A stretch of 64,000 nucleotides of DNA from Octopus vulgaris (taxonomy: Eukaryota): contig OX597840.1 of assembly GCA_951406725.2 (NCBI GenBank), positions 16,120,001-16,184,000 of the forward strand, written 5' to 3'. Of the stretch, positions 48,636 through 61,299 are shown one piece after another. The position numbers were made by a program, and so were the translations under genes. The notes below the pieces were generated by a model that did no database searches, was not told the origin of the DNA, and was given only the letters and a program-made list of their open reading frames with translations. The stretch's first letter is position 1, and every line of letters begins with the position of its first letter.

Positions 48636-51600
48636 CTGAAGTCTTTATTGCAGACTAAGTCCATGGGGTAAACAGTGACTATAAGAGAAATCCAGGTGAG
48701 CTGATATGGAGACAGTGATGCAGAAAAACACATCTGGGCTTGATGTATAAAATACACATCATCATCATTATCATTGTTTAATGTCTGTCTTCCATGCATT
48801 TATGGGTAGGATGGTTGACTGAAGGCAGCTAGGTAGAAGACTACCCCAGGCTACTGTGTCTGTTTTGGCAGGATTTTTACGACTGGATGCCATTCTTAAC
48901 ATCAACCACCCTGCAGAGTGGACTGAGTTCTTTTTACATGGTACCAGCACAGGTGATGTCAGTTTTGGTATGGTTCTTACATCTGAATACCCTTCCAAAT
49001 GCCAACCACCCCAGAGTGTGGACTGGATGCTTTTTACATAGCACCAGCACCAGAAGGGTCACCAAGTAACTTGCAAGACAAGTTAAATGATGATGATATG
49101 ATATGAATGGCTACTTTCAGTTTCTGTCAATCAAATCCACTCACAAAGTTTTGGTCAGTCCATGGCTATTATAGACAACACTTACCCAAGGTGCCATGCA
49201 GTGGGATGGAACCTGGTACCATGTGGTTAGGAAGCAAGCTTCTTATTTCTTTATTGCCCACAAGAGGCTAAACATAGAGGGGACAATCAAGGACAGACAA
49301 TAGGGTTAAGTCGATTACATCGACCCCAGTACGTAACTAGTACTTAATTTATTGACCCCGAAAGGATGAAAGGCAAAGTTGACCTTGGCGAAATTTGAAC
49401 TCAGAATGAAACGGTAGATGAAATACCACTAAGCTTTTTGCCTGGTGTGCTAACGTTTCTGCCATGCCTGCACCTATTTGGCAGATAGAAATTGTGTTTA
49501 TATTGGTATAAAGTGGTGTATACAACCTTGAGCCATTTATGCCCCTTACAAAACAGAATACACAGGTGTAGTGGTGGTGGTGGTCATCATCCTCCCCCGC
49601 CTTATTATTATCATCATCTTTTAAAGTCCATTTTGCATGCTGGCATAGGTTTGATGACCGACAGGATTGAGCAAGCTGCAGGGTTGCACCAAACTTCATT
49701 GCCAATTTTGGAATGGTTTCTACAGCTGGAGACCCTTCCTAACACCAACCATTTTACAGTGCGCACTGGCTGCTTTTCTTATGCCACTGGTATAGTGAGA
49801 TTGCTAATTAACTTGTAAGACAGGAACTTAGCTATTTGATAAACACAGATCAATAAAATGTTCAGCAGACTAAGTACTGAGGTTGATTGATATGATTGAC
49901 CAAAACCCAACCTTTTGATACCAACCCATCTGATACTAATCCTGATTCTAGGACACAAGCATCTGGCGGTGTATATTTCGTTTGTCTCTGTTATTTATGA
50001 CAACCCTATCCCTAAAACCCTAACCCTAAAACCTTAAAACCAGTACAAACACACAAAAGATTTCATAAATAACAGTGACAAACAAAAAATACATCGCCAA
50101 TAGTTGTTGTTGACAAACAACAGCAGTAATTTTATTCAGCTGAATACACGTCATTGATTGGTTGAAATTACCGAAATACAACAACTTTAACGTGAAATAA
50201 CTTCGTAAATATAAGCTTTTCTCAAAACCACTAAGAGTAAAAGATATTTTATATGACACATTCTACCAGTGTCCAAAGTTTGAAAGTGTTTAGTTACCAA
50301 AAATTATTTTTTAAATCTGTCAGTCAAAAGGTAAAGATCCAATTCAAAGCTAATTTAAGTTCCAAGCACCAGCTTAATAATGACAAAATTATTTTACTAA
50401 ATTTTTAATTATTTTAAAAACTAATTGAAACAAGTGGAGAGTATTCCAGCAGAAATACAGAAAAGGTTAACGGCAGTGCCTTCAATAGGTCTACAGTCCA
50501 ATAACTGAAATCATTAAAGGAATAAAAGAAATTCGCTGGACATGAAGAATGGAAAACTCACATTGTAATTAAGGAAGCGCCAATATTCTTTACCCAGAGT
50601 TCCATCAGGTAAATTATTGAGATATTCATAATCTATGTTTTCAGTGTTTATAATTGGTTTTTCTCTGCAAATAAAAGGAAATCTGTTTAGTAGTAGTAAT
50701 CCAGTTGTAATCCACCATAATCATCTTCAACCTCTGGACAGGACTGTCTTGACTCCTAGGGCCAGTTACTCGGTATCCATGACATATAAATGACAGAGAT
50801 CACAATATTTCCTTAGGAGTGGGGTCTGAAAGGGATCTCAGGGAGTAACATCCCTACCTTCCTGAGCTAGTTTTGTACCACATTTCTTAAAAATCTCGGT
50901 AGAGGCCTTGGTCTCAGGATCACTCATGTCTAGAAACTGAAGTTGGGGGTAAGCAAGGGCATGCTCCTTGTAGAAAATCCAGCTCTAAAAAGCCCCATGA
51001 TAGCAAGGGAGAATGAGCACCAGACAGCCCAAAGATTGGAGTGCACTGCACCTGCCTGCCTCAGTTGCTATGGCATTGAGGTAAATCCAGCCACCCCCAT
51101 TAATGGGGACAAAACCTAGATTTAAAACACTGAATGATGATGAATGATATGCCAGTCCATCATAGGTTGGGTGGATTGGAGCAGTGAGAAGTGAAACATT
51201 TTGCACAAGAAGACAACACACCGCCCAGGCCAGGAATCGAATGACACTGTGATTGTGAGAGCAATACTCCAATCATTAAGATATACACCTTCGCCAGTCC
51301 TCATCCAAATGAATGATGGAATAAAGCATTTCAAGATGGAGAGGTCAAAATAAAAGTTTTGCAATACAAGAAATGGAACAAAATAAACATGGTCAAGTGT
51401 TATGTAGATATTCGATGATCTACCAGCTCAGCAGAGAAAAAACAGAAAATGAAACAAAAACAGAAAAACTACCTACTTCAGAACTAAGCAACCTTCTGGG
51501 TCTTGTAACATTTTTGATTTTATCATCTTCAAAGCATAGTGGCCTGTGGTTTCACCAAATGTGCTGATCATATCTGTAACAGAAGGTTTATGGGACACAC

Positions 51601-54600
51601 AGTACTGGATTAACCATTAAGTAAAATAAATATGTGCTTAGGTCGTCAAGGGAATAGGGCACCACAGAAATGATAAATGATTTAAGGCACAAAAGAAATC
51701 ACTTTAAAATTGCTAAAACAATATTCAAAGTGGTTTATATGATCAGAAATATAATTTCAGTGTTCAAGATGTTGTAGTTCTGATCTTCTGATCAAAGACT
51801 TTGCAATTAAAAGAAGTAGGAGAAAACTTCAAATTTAAATAAAGTGGAAGTATACGAAAATAAACGTTATTTTCTATCTTACAGCCAGTTTTGTTTCATT
51901 TCATTTAAGTGCTAAGGGCCTTTATGGGTCTTAATCTGGCCCTGGACATAATGGCTAGAGTATGTGATATCCATAACAATATAACAGGTTTATGGGACAC
52001 ACAAACACACATATATATATATACACACGATGGGCTTCTTTCAGTTTCCATCTACTAAATCCACTCACAAGGCTTTGGTTGGCCTGAGGCTATAGCAGAA
52101 GACACTTACCCAAGGTGCCACACAGTGGATCTGAGCCCAGAACTGTGTGGCTGAGAAGCAAGCTTCTTTATTTCATAAAATTGGCCATATAGGCCTTACA
52201 CAGAAGAAGCTTGTGGGCTGGACCCAGACAAGATGAGATGAAATGAAACAAAATGAAAACAGTTTCCTTCAAAATTATACATAGATATCACTTAAAACAT
52301 CAATCCTCCTTGTCAGAGCCCCTAAGCAAAGTGACTTGCTGCCTGCAGACAACTCTGCATCGACAGGTCGGGGCCTGCGAACTGGAAAGCAAATTCTTCT
52401 TTGTCAAAGGTTGCTGTGATTTGACAAAATTTTATCTGTTACTACCTCCGCAGCCACCTGCGGAGGCCATATTGGACTACTTGTGCAGACCGAGTACACA
52501 TGGTCTCGGTCACCCAAGCCGTCCAAAAATTCACTCATTGGAGGGGGAGACGGTGGAAGTCGTGGAGGCAACTTCCTCCACGAAAAGAAAAAGAAAGGTG
52601 AGCAACAATGGTTGCTCACCAAAGAATGGACAGTTCTTCCTGATATGGCCTGGCTCCAGGCACAGGTGACACTTGGCGGGGTGTCCCTCAAGTATCACTG
52701 GGTACCTGTACCCGGCCATTTTTAGGAAGTCTGGGAATATCATATCTCCCACAGCCACCGGGGTCCACAGGGTCAAAGTTGCCTTTGACCCCTCCCAGTC
52801 GACCGCAGGAGCAATATCCGCACTCAATAACCTGGGCCCGCTACCCCCCAGGCCTCGCCGGATGGTATTTTTGATCCATCCCACCTCTGTACCCAGAGGC
52901 AGCCCACACACCCAGGCGCTTCTTATCTTCCTCCCGCAATAAGTGGGGAGGAAAAAAATTTCTTCCCCTCAAGGGGCTTGCTGGCAACTGTCTTTGCTTC
53001 TCCGTGGATACCAAATAGCAACCAGACCGTTGCAAATTTGGCCCTCCCCCCAGCAATAAATTTAACAGTTGGCAGATATTGTGCCAACTCATTTTGTATA
53101 ATTTCTTTACTAAATTGAACGATGGCGCCAAGTGACCTAGAATAGGTCCTCAGCACCACTGTTCTATTATTAAAGTCTTTTAACCACTCCTTGGGCGGGA
53201 CAACCTCCCACTCCAAGGCAGTGGCTTCATTCTTTTTTGCCATGTGTAAAAAGTTCAGAAAAGTTCAAAGAAAAACAAAAACAGTTGAAGCAAAAAATAA
53301 AATAAAAGAAGCACAGTTCAGAATAAAAAAGACTAGACAGAAAAAATAGAAAAAAGCAGTTCTACACAGCAAAAAGACAATCCTGGCCAACAGGTACTCC
53401 AGGCCAACTGGAACTTCGTGACAGGAACTTTTAAATGGTAAAAAACCACGAATACGGGCCACAGCTGACAGCAATAGCAACTGGAACAAAATTTCAAGTC
53501 TTTGAGTGAATACGCCCCCAACACTTCATTTTGTTTTTGCTACATGAACAAAAATAACACAATAGCTGCCGAGAGCAGGCGAAATTGTCCCAGATTTACT
53601 GAAAAAAATAATTCACACACAATAAATTATGCCCAGCTCACAACAAACAAAATCACTTATTTCGACGGACTTCCTTTGGTCTTATTTTTCTTCTTTTTCG
53701 GACGGAGCTCAAAGCTCACATCCTCACTGTTCAATGTCAAGAAGTCAACTCAACGTGCAGGTGCGGAAGCAAGCTTCTTACCACACAGACTATATGTGAA
53801 CAATTACAACTTTTCAGAGCTGTACTCCAGTATAGCTGCAGTCTGAAGCCTGTGTACAAACAGCTATGCTACATGGCAGTGAGACACGGGCTGTGACTAC
53901 TGAGGATATGCGAAGGCTCGAAAGAAATGAAGCCAGCATGCTCCACTGGACGTGTAATGTTAGTTGCATATGTGACAGTGTAAATGATTTAAGAGGAAAA
54001 CTGGGCATATGAGGCATCAGATGTATGCAAGATTGCACATAAAAGCTCTGGAGCCAGTGCCAGTTCCATGTAAAAGCATCTTGTACACTCTATAGAGTGG
54101 TTGATATTAGGAAGGGGATCCAGCTATAGAAACCATGCCAAAACAGTCAGATGGAACCTGGGTAGCTCTCTAGAACAGGGGTCAGCAAACCAGGGTAAAT
54201 TACCCCAAGTGGGGCAAAAATGAAATTCTTGGGGTTAATGAGGATTCATTAAACAAGTAAAATTATATAAAAAGCATTTTCCTCGTTATGATGGAAATCT
54301 TTCTTCTGGCAACACTGCATCTTTCCAAAGTAATGGACATGTTTAGGAGACTTCATACCATTTTGTACTACAAACAATTTGGTTGCTAAGGCATCAAGTG
54401 ACTAAACAGATATTATTTATCAGTTGTCTATTACCCGCCTTAACCATATTTTTTGACACACGTGCTTTTTTTTTTGATTAAGTAGATTCCATTCAACCCT
54501 TTAACACGGCTCCTGAGCTTCATTTTATTTTATCCCAAGCTCCCAATATGATATCTTAATTAATTTTGACATGGGTGGCGTAATATTTTTACACTATACC

Positions 54601-57600
54601 ACACGTCTCAGAAAGCCCATAGGAAAGAAATTAAAAAAAACAACGTGCTGGTGGGTCGGGAGGGACTTGCTAACATACCACCATGACCCACTGGCAGGAT
54701 TTGTGGGAGCCAATGTGTTAATGAGTCAATTGGACCCTGAAGACTGCATGCAGATTGCTCTAGCATCAAAATGCCCTATTCTTATGTAACTATAACAAAA
54801 ATGATACGTCATTTCTCCTGAAGTGAAACAGTTTCTAGAAAAATCCTTTTGTTTCATAATTAGGATATTAGTTTATTTTTATCACATTTGTTTTATACTT
54901 TTAAAAATTATAATTGTATTTTCTGTATAAATAGATTCAATAAACCTTTTGAATTCAAAGAATCTATGACTTTCTTCTTTACAAATCAAGTGGGTAATAT
55001 CGGTGTAAATAGATATCATCATCATCATCATTTAACGTCCGTTTTCCATGCTAGCATGGGTTGGATGGTTTGACTGGGGTCTGGGAAACCAGGAGGCTGC
55101 ACCAGGCTCCGGTCTGATCTGGCAGTGTTTCTACAGCTGGATGCCCTTCCTAATGCCAACCACTCCATGAGAGTAGTGGGTGCTTTTTACATGACATTGG
55201 CACAGGGGCTAGAGGAGGCTGGCATCGGCCACATTCAGATGGTGCTTTTTACGTGCCACCGGCATGGGTATCACAACTACAATTTCCATTTGATTTTTAT
55301 TTTGATGTTGATGTACTTGACTCAATAGGTCTCCTCAAGTGCAGTAGGTCACCCTATGATCCAAGGTAAACACAGCAGGCCAACCTGCTAGCCATGAACT
55401 CAGTTCTTTTGTCGGGTCTTCACAGTCACAGCATATTTCCAGAGATCTTAGTATTTGGGGGTAATTAGTTAAAAAAGCTCCCCGACTCCAGCTCAAGAAT
55501 GACAACGCTTGTCAAACTGCCCAACCCATCCCAGCATGGAGAATGGATGTTAAATGATGTTGGTAATGAAAAGAAAAGACAAGCAGTAAAAAGTGAAAAT
55601 TGAATCCTACCAACCATCTCGCCTGGGGTTATACAGACACATAGCAGCTGAACCAATTGTGAGGAGGGTCCTCTGAATGTTGGTAAGTTTAATGTGCCCT
55701 GGGTACTCTACATCATAGTTCTGGGCTACGCTTGAAGAAAATCTAGCTGTAGATCTGGATATAAGGTCTGGAAAAGAGAAAATGAAAGATAAAGGAGAAA
55801 AGTGAGAAGGAATTCTCGTAGAGGTACAAGAATCAGGAATTTGGGGGCAGAGAACAGGGACCGGATAAATTAATCCTTGTACTGTTAGGGTCAAGTAGAA
55901 TTTCTTAATCAGATCATAGATGTGTTTGTGTGCACGTGGTGTTTATGTTTGTGTATTTTTGTGTGTGCGTAGTGTTTATATGTGTGCATGTGTGTTTTTG
56001 TGTGGTGTGTGCAATATGTATGCAATATGTATGCTTGTGTGTGTGTGTGTGTGTAATATATATGCTTGTGTGTGTGTAATATGTATGCTTGTGTGTGTGT
56101 GTGTAATATGTATGCTTGTGTGTGTGTGTGTGTATTTTTCCTTTGTTGGATCCTCAACATCTGATGGAATCACAGAGACTCTTGTGTTCTCAACCCTGGT
56201 ACAACCCAACTTTCTCCAGGCATGGCCAAATCGTTAAGAAGCCCACTTCCCAACCAAATGGTTTTGGGTTCAGTCCCACACCATGGCAGCTTGCTTTCTA
56301 ATATAGCTCTGTACCAACTAAAGACAGAAACTGAAAGAAGATCATTGTATATATATGTATGTGTGTGTGTGTGTGTATATATATACATACAGGGTATTCA
56401 AAAAGTAAGGCAACCAACTCTTTTTAGTTTTGCCAAAGCAAAATATTGTTATATTTTGGATCTGAGTATTGCAGTGCAATGGAAAAAGAAACACAACCAA
56501 ATTTATTTATATGACCACCTCTGTTTCAAATCACACACAGCCTTTTGTCTAAGTGTGAATGTGTCACTCGTGGCATGCAGCTGTTCTTGCAGAATTGAAA
56601 CCCATTCCCAGTGAAGTTTTGTCTTCAGAGCGTCGAGCAAAGCATAAGGAATGCTCAAGACCCTCATCTCTAAAATAGACCAAGCAGAAAAATCCGAGTT
56701 GAAGTCGGGGCTTCTTGAGGGCCATATATCCTTGCCTATGAATGACAAAATGTTTTTCTGAATCCAGTATTGTGTCTGTTTGGAGCTGTGGGATGGTGCC
56801 AAGTCCTTTTGGAGGCTCCAAAGTGTGCCTTGAAAATGCTCATTCACCCATGGAAGCAGTTCAGATTCCAAAATGTCACTAACGTATCACTGGGTGATAA
56901 TTTTAACACCTGAGAGCACAAAAATGAGGGGAGATCATCCAGTGGCTGTCACAGCTGCTCAAACCATAACTGACTGGATTTTCATGTTGATTTATGAGTC
57001 TGCCCTTGACGACGGAGCCACATACACTCCAAAGTCGGTCATTCTGGTGGTTTACTGTCTGTTTGATGTCAAATTTCTTTCCATCAGTGAACATGCCCTT
57101 ACAAATTTGTATGAGCTCATAATGGCAGATCATCTTGTAGGGGTGGGTCCTGAGATTCTCCTTCAGCACTTGATACATTAATGTTTGTCTTATTTTTGCT
57201 GTGACTGCTAGTTTTCAGATGGAACGATGAAGATTTCACTGTATCTTTTCTCTGGTACTTTTCATAAGCTGAGGGGTCTGTACACTTCTTTTTAAGCCAT
57301 GTCCAAGTTGATCATTGGTGGAACCAGTCTCCTGAAATTTCTTTACAAATTTCCAGACTGTTGTATGGTTAATTTTAAGCTTTTTTGTCAGAGCTGTATT
57401 ACTTTTGCCACCTTTGTGGAGGGTTATGATTGTATTTCAGTCTATAGCTATTATCTAATTTATAAATCTGAAACACATTAAGCTTTTATAATGATGCATA
57501 ATTTTCATACTTTATCACATTTATTGCTAGTTATTAAAGCCCGAAACTCCGGGTGCCTTAATTTTGGAACACCCTCTGTGTGAGTGTGTGTGTGTGTATA

Positions 57601-58736
57601 TATACAGCACAAGATATCTGTTAAAACGAGCCACCTGTTTTTCTCCCTGTCTAACCTCTCCTCACCTGGCACAAAATCATCTCTATCAATACTACTCCCT
57701 CCCTCAGTTGAGGGATCTTTGTCTTGCAAGTGACTTGGTGGCACCTCACTAGTGCTGGTGCCACATAAAAAGCACGCAGTCTACTCTTTAAACTGGTTGG
57801 CATCCAGTCATAAAAACCATGCCAAAGTAGACAGTGGAGCTTGGCATAGTCCTCTGACTTACCAGCTCCTGTTAAATTCTCCAACCCATGCCAGCTTGGA
57901 AGACAGATGTTAAGTAATGATATATATAATTTCATGTGTGTGTGTGTTTGTGTGTATATATATATCTATGAATATCGACACACACACATATATATATCTT
58001 TTACTTGTATCAGTCATTAGGCTTCAGCCATGCTGAAGCACCATCTTGACTTTTTAGTCAAATGAATCGATCTACAGTACTTATTTTCTCTATTGGTCTC
58101 TTTTGCCGAACTGCTAAGTTACAGGGACATAAACACCAACACCGATTGTCAAGTGATGATGGGGTGGGGTGGGAGCACACACCGACACACTTACACATAG
58201 ATATATATATATATATAGAGACGACAGGCTTCTTTCAGTTTCTGTCTACCTGATCCACTTACAAGGCTTTGGTTGGCCCATGGCTAGAGTAGAAGACACC
58301 AGCCCAAGGTGCCACGCAGTGGGACTGAACCTGGTACCATGTGGTCGGGAAGCAAGCTTCTTACCACCACCACCAGCCCTCTTCCACATGCACATACAAA
58401 CTCTCTTATACACACACATGTGCACCTTCGTTTTAGGATCACCACTACTTTATTATCTCCCCTTCTCCCTAGCTCTCCTGTGTGACCCTTCTGTCCAGTA
58501 TTTGCCATGTTAGATCACTAGCCTCTACACATTCTTTATTTTCTCTCCTTGCTTCTTTTTGTGTTCCTTTCTGTGGAAGAGTGTAGGCTCGAAATGTTAA
58601 AGACTTTTTCACTTATCGAGTGTTATACTAATACATCTGTTTGTTGTCTACACTACCTGTCTTCGTCTTTTTTTTTTTGTGAATTCTCCCTATATATATA
58701 TACACACCTATATATATACACCCCTATCTTACTTTT

Positions 58737-58778
<42 letters not shown>

Positions 58779-58974
58779 AAGTAAGATAGGGGTTATGAAG
58801 GTAACCCACTATGGGATATCAGTTATCCAATATACTGCTGGTAAAGTACCGAAATACTAAATACAATGTGATATATTGTTCAATGTTGTTCTTCATGTTT
58901 TTTTGCACATGTGATTAATATGTACGATTTGCCTATGTGTGTTTATGTATATATATTTTATATATATATATGTT

Positions 58975-59009
<35 letters not shown>

Positions 59010-60585
59010 ATTTTGAGTATCTGTCTTATCATTTATTTTTTTTTGCTCTTATTGGATAGTATGAGAAGCAGGTTTTTATATATCAATATTATTATTATTA
59101 TAATTTTATAGTTATGTATATCTTCTGATGAGGCCTTTGGTTATTTAAACAGACAAATATAATCTTTAATGCCTAAGACTATACTACAATGGCATATATG
59201 GGTAATTTAAGTTGGATTGTCTCTTGACCATAGGCTGAAACAGCTGTAAGGAGCAGTTTATTTGTATTATTTTAATTTTATTATTAATTTGCATATTGAT
59301 GCATATTGTTTTGTTCGATTTTCATGTTCCTCTTTGTATAATTAATAAATAATATGAAATTGTAATATCCGTAAGTTGATGATCGAAATGAATTTGTTCC
59401 TCCATTTTCTTATTTATATATATATATATATATATAAAATAAAATAAAGGATAAAACCGCTAAAGATTTTATCAGTAGTCAGCATTTAATAGAGACCTAT
59501 TAAGGTGAATTCATATATAGAAATTTAGAATATCATAAAATACAATTACAATTAAGGGCATAGAAGAGACTATACCTATGCTGAAAATAGACGCCAAATC
59601 GTCAAACCACTAAGGTGGTTTATAATAGTATATTTTATACTATTATAGATCTCTCTCTCCCCATATATACATATACATATCGCCCGCGCATACTCAATGC
59701 ATGTGTTTTGCTTGTTGCGATATACCGCTTTGGGGACGAGTCATTCAAAGCACTTGGTGTTAACAACATCTGAAAGTCAAAGACAGGCGAGATAACTCGC
59801 TTCCAATCCCATTGACGAATACCGATATGTCGCTATTTTTGTTACGTATCAACATCTCGTACGTACACAAAGGCCTTTGTGGACGCGAAACCATTGGTCA
59901 CTCTATAACCGGACATAAGCTTAATCACTTTTAATAATTATATATATGTGCGTGTGTGTGTGTGTAATCGTGGTGATCCGAACGGTATAGCAGCGACGAA
60001 TGAAATGCTAATCCGTACTTAGTTATCCCCCCTTTGCCTACAAAGTAAACTTTTTCGTTTTTCAGGAATCGATCAAAATAAAGTACCAGCGAAGTACAAG
60101 AGTAAATATAATTAGCTAACTACTCTTTCCTGAAATTTCTGGCTTTGTGCTTATATTAAATCCAATTATTCCTAGATAGCTGCATTCTGATTTATTAAAG
60201 GAGCAGTAATTTCTTTAAGTCGCGAGGCCGCCAACAAGGAAGTTTGTATGTGGTCATTCAGATATACTAGAAATAACAGTCAAATTTCCATTAAATGACA
60301 CCTTACTTGTTTTAAAGATGAAAGAAGTCACATTGGATAATGTATTCCTGGATACACTATGTCTAGAATGAAGAAATGGTCGCGGCTGGAACGACTGGAA
60401 ACATAAGCTTCCAGGGCGGTGTTTAAAGAAGTAAAAACAACTGTACAAATGAAAACAACATATTATTTACCACAACTGGTGAGTCTTTCATTTTTCAGGT
60501 TACGCAGAGTTGTAAAAGTGTTTATATTTAAATATTTCCGACTGAAAAGTCGGGACGAGAAATAAAGACACAGCGACGACGCCAT
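44402..60585 (-). CDS. COQ4: Ubiquinone biosynthesis protein COQ4, mitochondrial, whole gene: complement(join(44402..44609,46272..46495,50562..50664,51477..51573,55615..55767,60471..60585)); 900 nt, 299 aa
   Basis: GT-AG introns with consistent phases. Motifs [46 protein letters not shown], the metal-binding HDxxH(x11)E motif ([17 protein letters not shown]), QTGLPMC, and PWAIRCG...YFEKYWE...[11 protein letters not shown]. Confidence 0.93.
45525..46015 (-). mobile_element. RTE/BovB-like LINE 3' fragment
   Basis: [25 protein letters not shown]...RYKDKLK, followed by a C2H2-like [22 protein letters not shown]. Confidence 0.7.
46272..46495 (-). CDS. COQ4: COQ4 exon 5
   Basis: ttgacag|GGT; [74 protein letters not shown]; AA|gtaagt. 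Confidence 0.95.
47123..47779 (-). mobile_element. TRIM (miniature non-coding LTR retrotransposon), 657 bp
   Basis: Direct repeats 47123-47271 and 47629-47779, each TG...CA; 5-bp TSD GCTTC at 47118-47122 and 47780-47784. On the minus strand, PBS TGGCAATGAGGAT follows the 5' LTR and PPT AAGGGTGGGGAGG abuts the 3' LTR. Confidence 0.85.
49964..50099. mobile_element. Hairpin mini-element: 37-bp imperfect inverted arms around a degenerate (CCCTAA)n core
   Basis: tggcggtgtatatttcgtttgtctctgttatttatga / tcataaataacagtgacaaacaaaaaatacatcgcca flank accctatccctaaaaccctaaccctaaaaccttaaaacc. Confidence 0.6.
50562..50664 (-). CDS. COQ4: COQ4 exon 4
   Basis: atttgcag|A; [34 protein letters not shown]; |gtgagt. 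Confidence 0.93.
51477..51573 (-). CDS. COQ4: COQ4 exon 3
   Basis: ctgttacag|AT; [31 protein letters not shown]; AA|gtaggt. Confidence 0.93.
52169..53765 (-). mobile_element. Non-autonomous non-LTR element carrying only a frameshifted gag-like ORF1 with a CCHC zinc knuckle
   Basis: ORF from ATG 53243 ([18 protein letters not shown]...) frameshifts into ...[23 protein letters not shown] (CX2CX4HX4C). No endonuclease or RT is present. The 14-bp TSD GAAGCAAGCTTCTT lies at 52155-52168 and 53766-53779, interrupting a SINE. Confidence 0.75.
55615..55767 (-). CDS. COQ4: COQ4 exon 2
   Basis: cttttccag|AC; [50 protein letters not shown]; G|gttggt. Confidence 0.9.
56390..57576 (-). mobile_element. 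Decayed Tc1/mariner-superfamily transposon, maT/DD37D-like
   Basis: Degenerate TIRs cagggtattcaaaaagtaaggca / tgccttaattttggaacaccctctg. Fragments [20 protein letters not shown]...NHQNDRLW and QKDLAPSH...[19 protein letters not shown] give about 36-37 aa between the 2nd and 3rd Asp. Confidence 0.8.
59121..59252 (+). ncRNA. Type I hammerhead ribozyme motif with long stem II (Penelope-type)
   Basis: tctt-CTGATGA-ggcctttggtta...tgaccataggct-GAAAC-agct-GTA-agga. The core is intact, loop 3 is the palindrome AGCT, and stem I is short. Confidence 0.6.
60471..60585 (-). CDS. COQ4: COQ4 exon 1 (putative mitochondrial transit peptide)
   Basis: ccaATGGCG start; [38 protein letters not shown] is Ser/Arg/Leu-rich and acid-poor; donor G|gtaaat gives the phase 1 required by exon 2. 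Assigned by composition and phase, not by homology. Confidence 0.7.
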
Positions 60586-60748
60586 TGGGAAGAACAGATG
60601 CTGGCCGGTGTAAAGATTTCAAGTGACCCTCCATTCAGAATATCCCCCGGTAATCTGAGTCCGGTTTCAAATTACTCTTGCACTGTAATCTAACATCTAC
60701 GTGCGCGCGTGTACATACATATATGTACATCTGTGTGTACATACGTAC

Positions 60749-60820
<72 letters not shown>

Positions 60821-60825
60821 TATAA

Positions 60826-60856
<31 letters not shown>

Positions 60857-61020
60857 TATATTAAGGTATGTAGAAAAATACAACATGGACAAGAACGTAT
60901 AACTCTTAGAAAACGATATATATATATATATATATATAGGTCCCGGGTTGAGTCGGGGTTAACCACAGTAAATAAGGTACTCAATACATAGCAGAGTAAA
61001 TTAATTTATTTTATAGAAGG

Positions 61021-61071
61021 AGCTTCTACAGGACTAGAACTGTTTCATTCAAAAGAAATCATCAGGAAGCT
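61021..61071 (-). ncRNA. Type I hammerhead ribozyme motif (mirror copy of 63240-63290)
   Basis: The reverse complement reads agcttc-CTGATGA-tttcttttgaat-GAAAcag-ttctagtc-ctgTA-gaagct. Confidence 0.55.
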
Positions 61072-61299
61072 AGTAGACAAGAGTTGTTTTGGCATTTATA
61101 CATTTAGGCAGGTTTAAATGGGTGGTGGTGGGGGACTTTTTTTGGGGGTAGGCATGGCGCAAAACTGTCATTATAAGGGGAGTGGTCAAAGGAATCGGTG
61201 GTAAAGTAGATAAAAGAATAAATAAAAGAATAAAAAATAAAAAATAAAAAAATATAAATAGAAAAATAGGGTTTTAGGCAAGCAGGGAGACTCCCACTT

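Noticed and set aside
58565-58605. Hammerhead-like ctgtggaagagtgtaggctcgaaatgtt
   Set aside because: The core deviates from CUGANGA and stem III cannot form convincingly; at best a decayed relic.
60254-60448. Alternative COQ4 first exon ending at the GTAAGG donor at 60306
   Set aside because: It has no in-frame ATG, and the segment (agacatagtgtatccaggaatacattatccaatg) matches a dispersed repeat also present at ~33600-33840.
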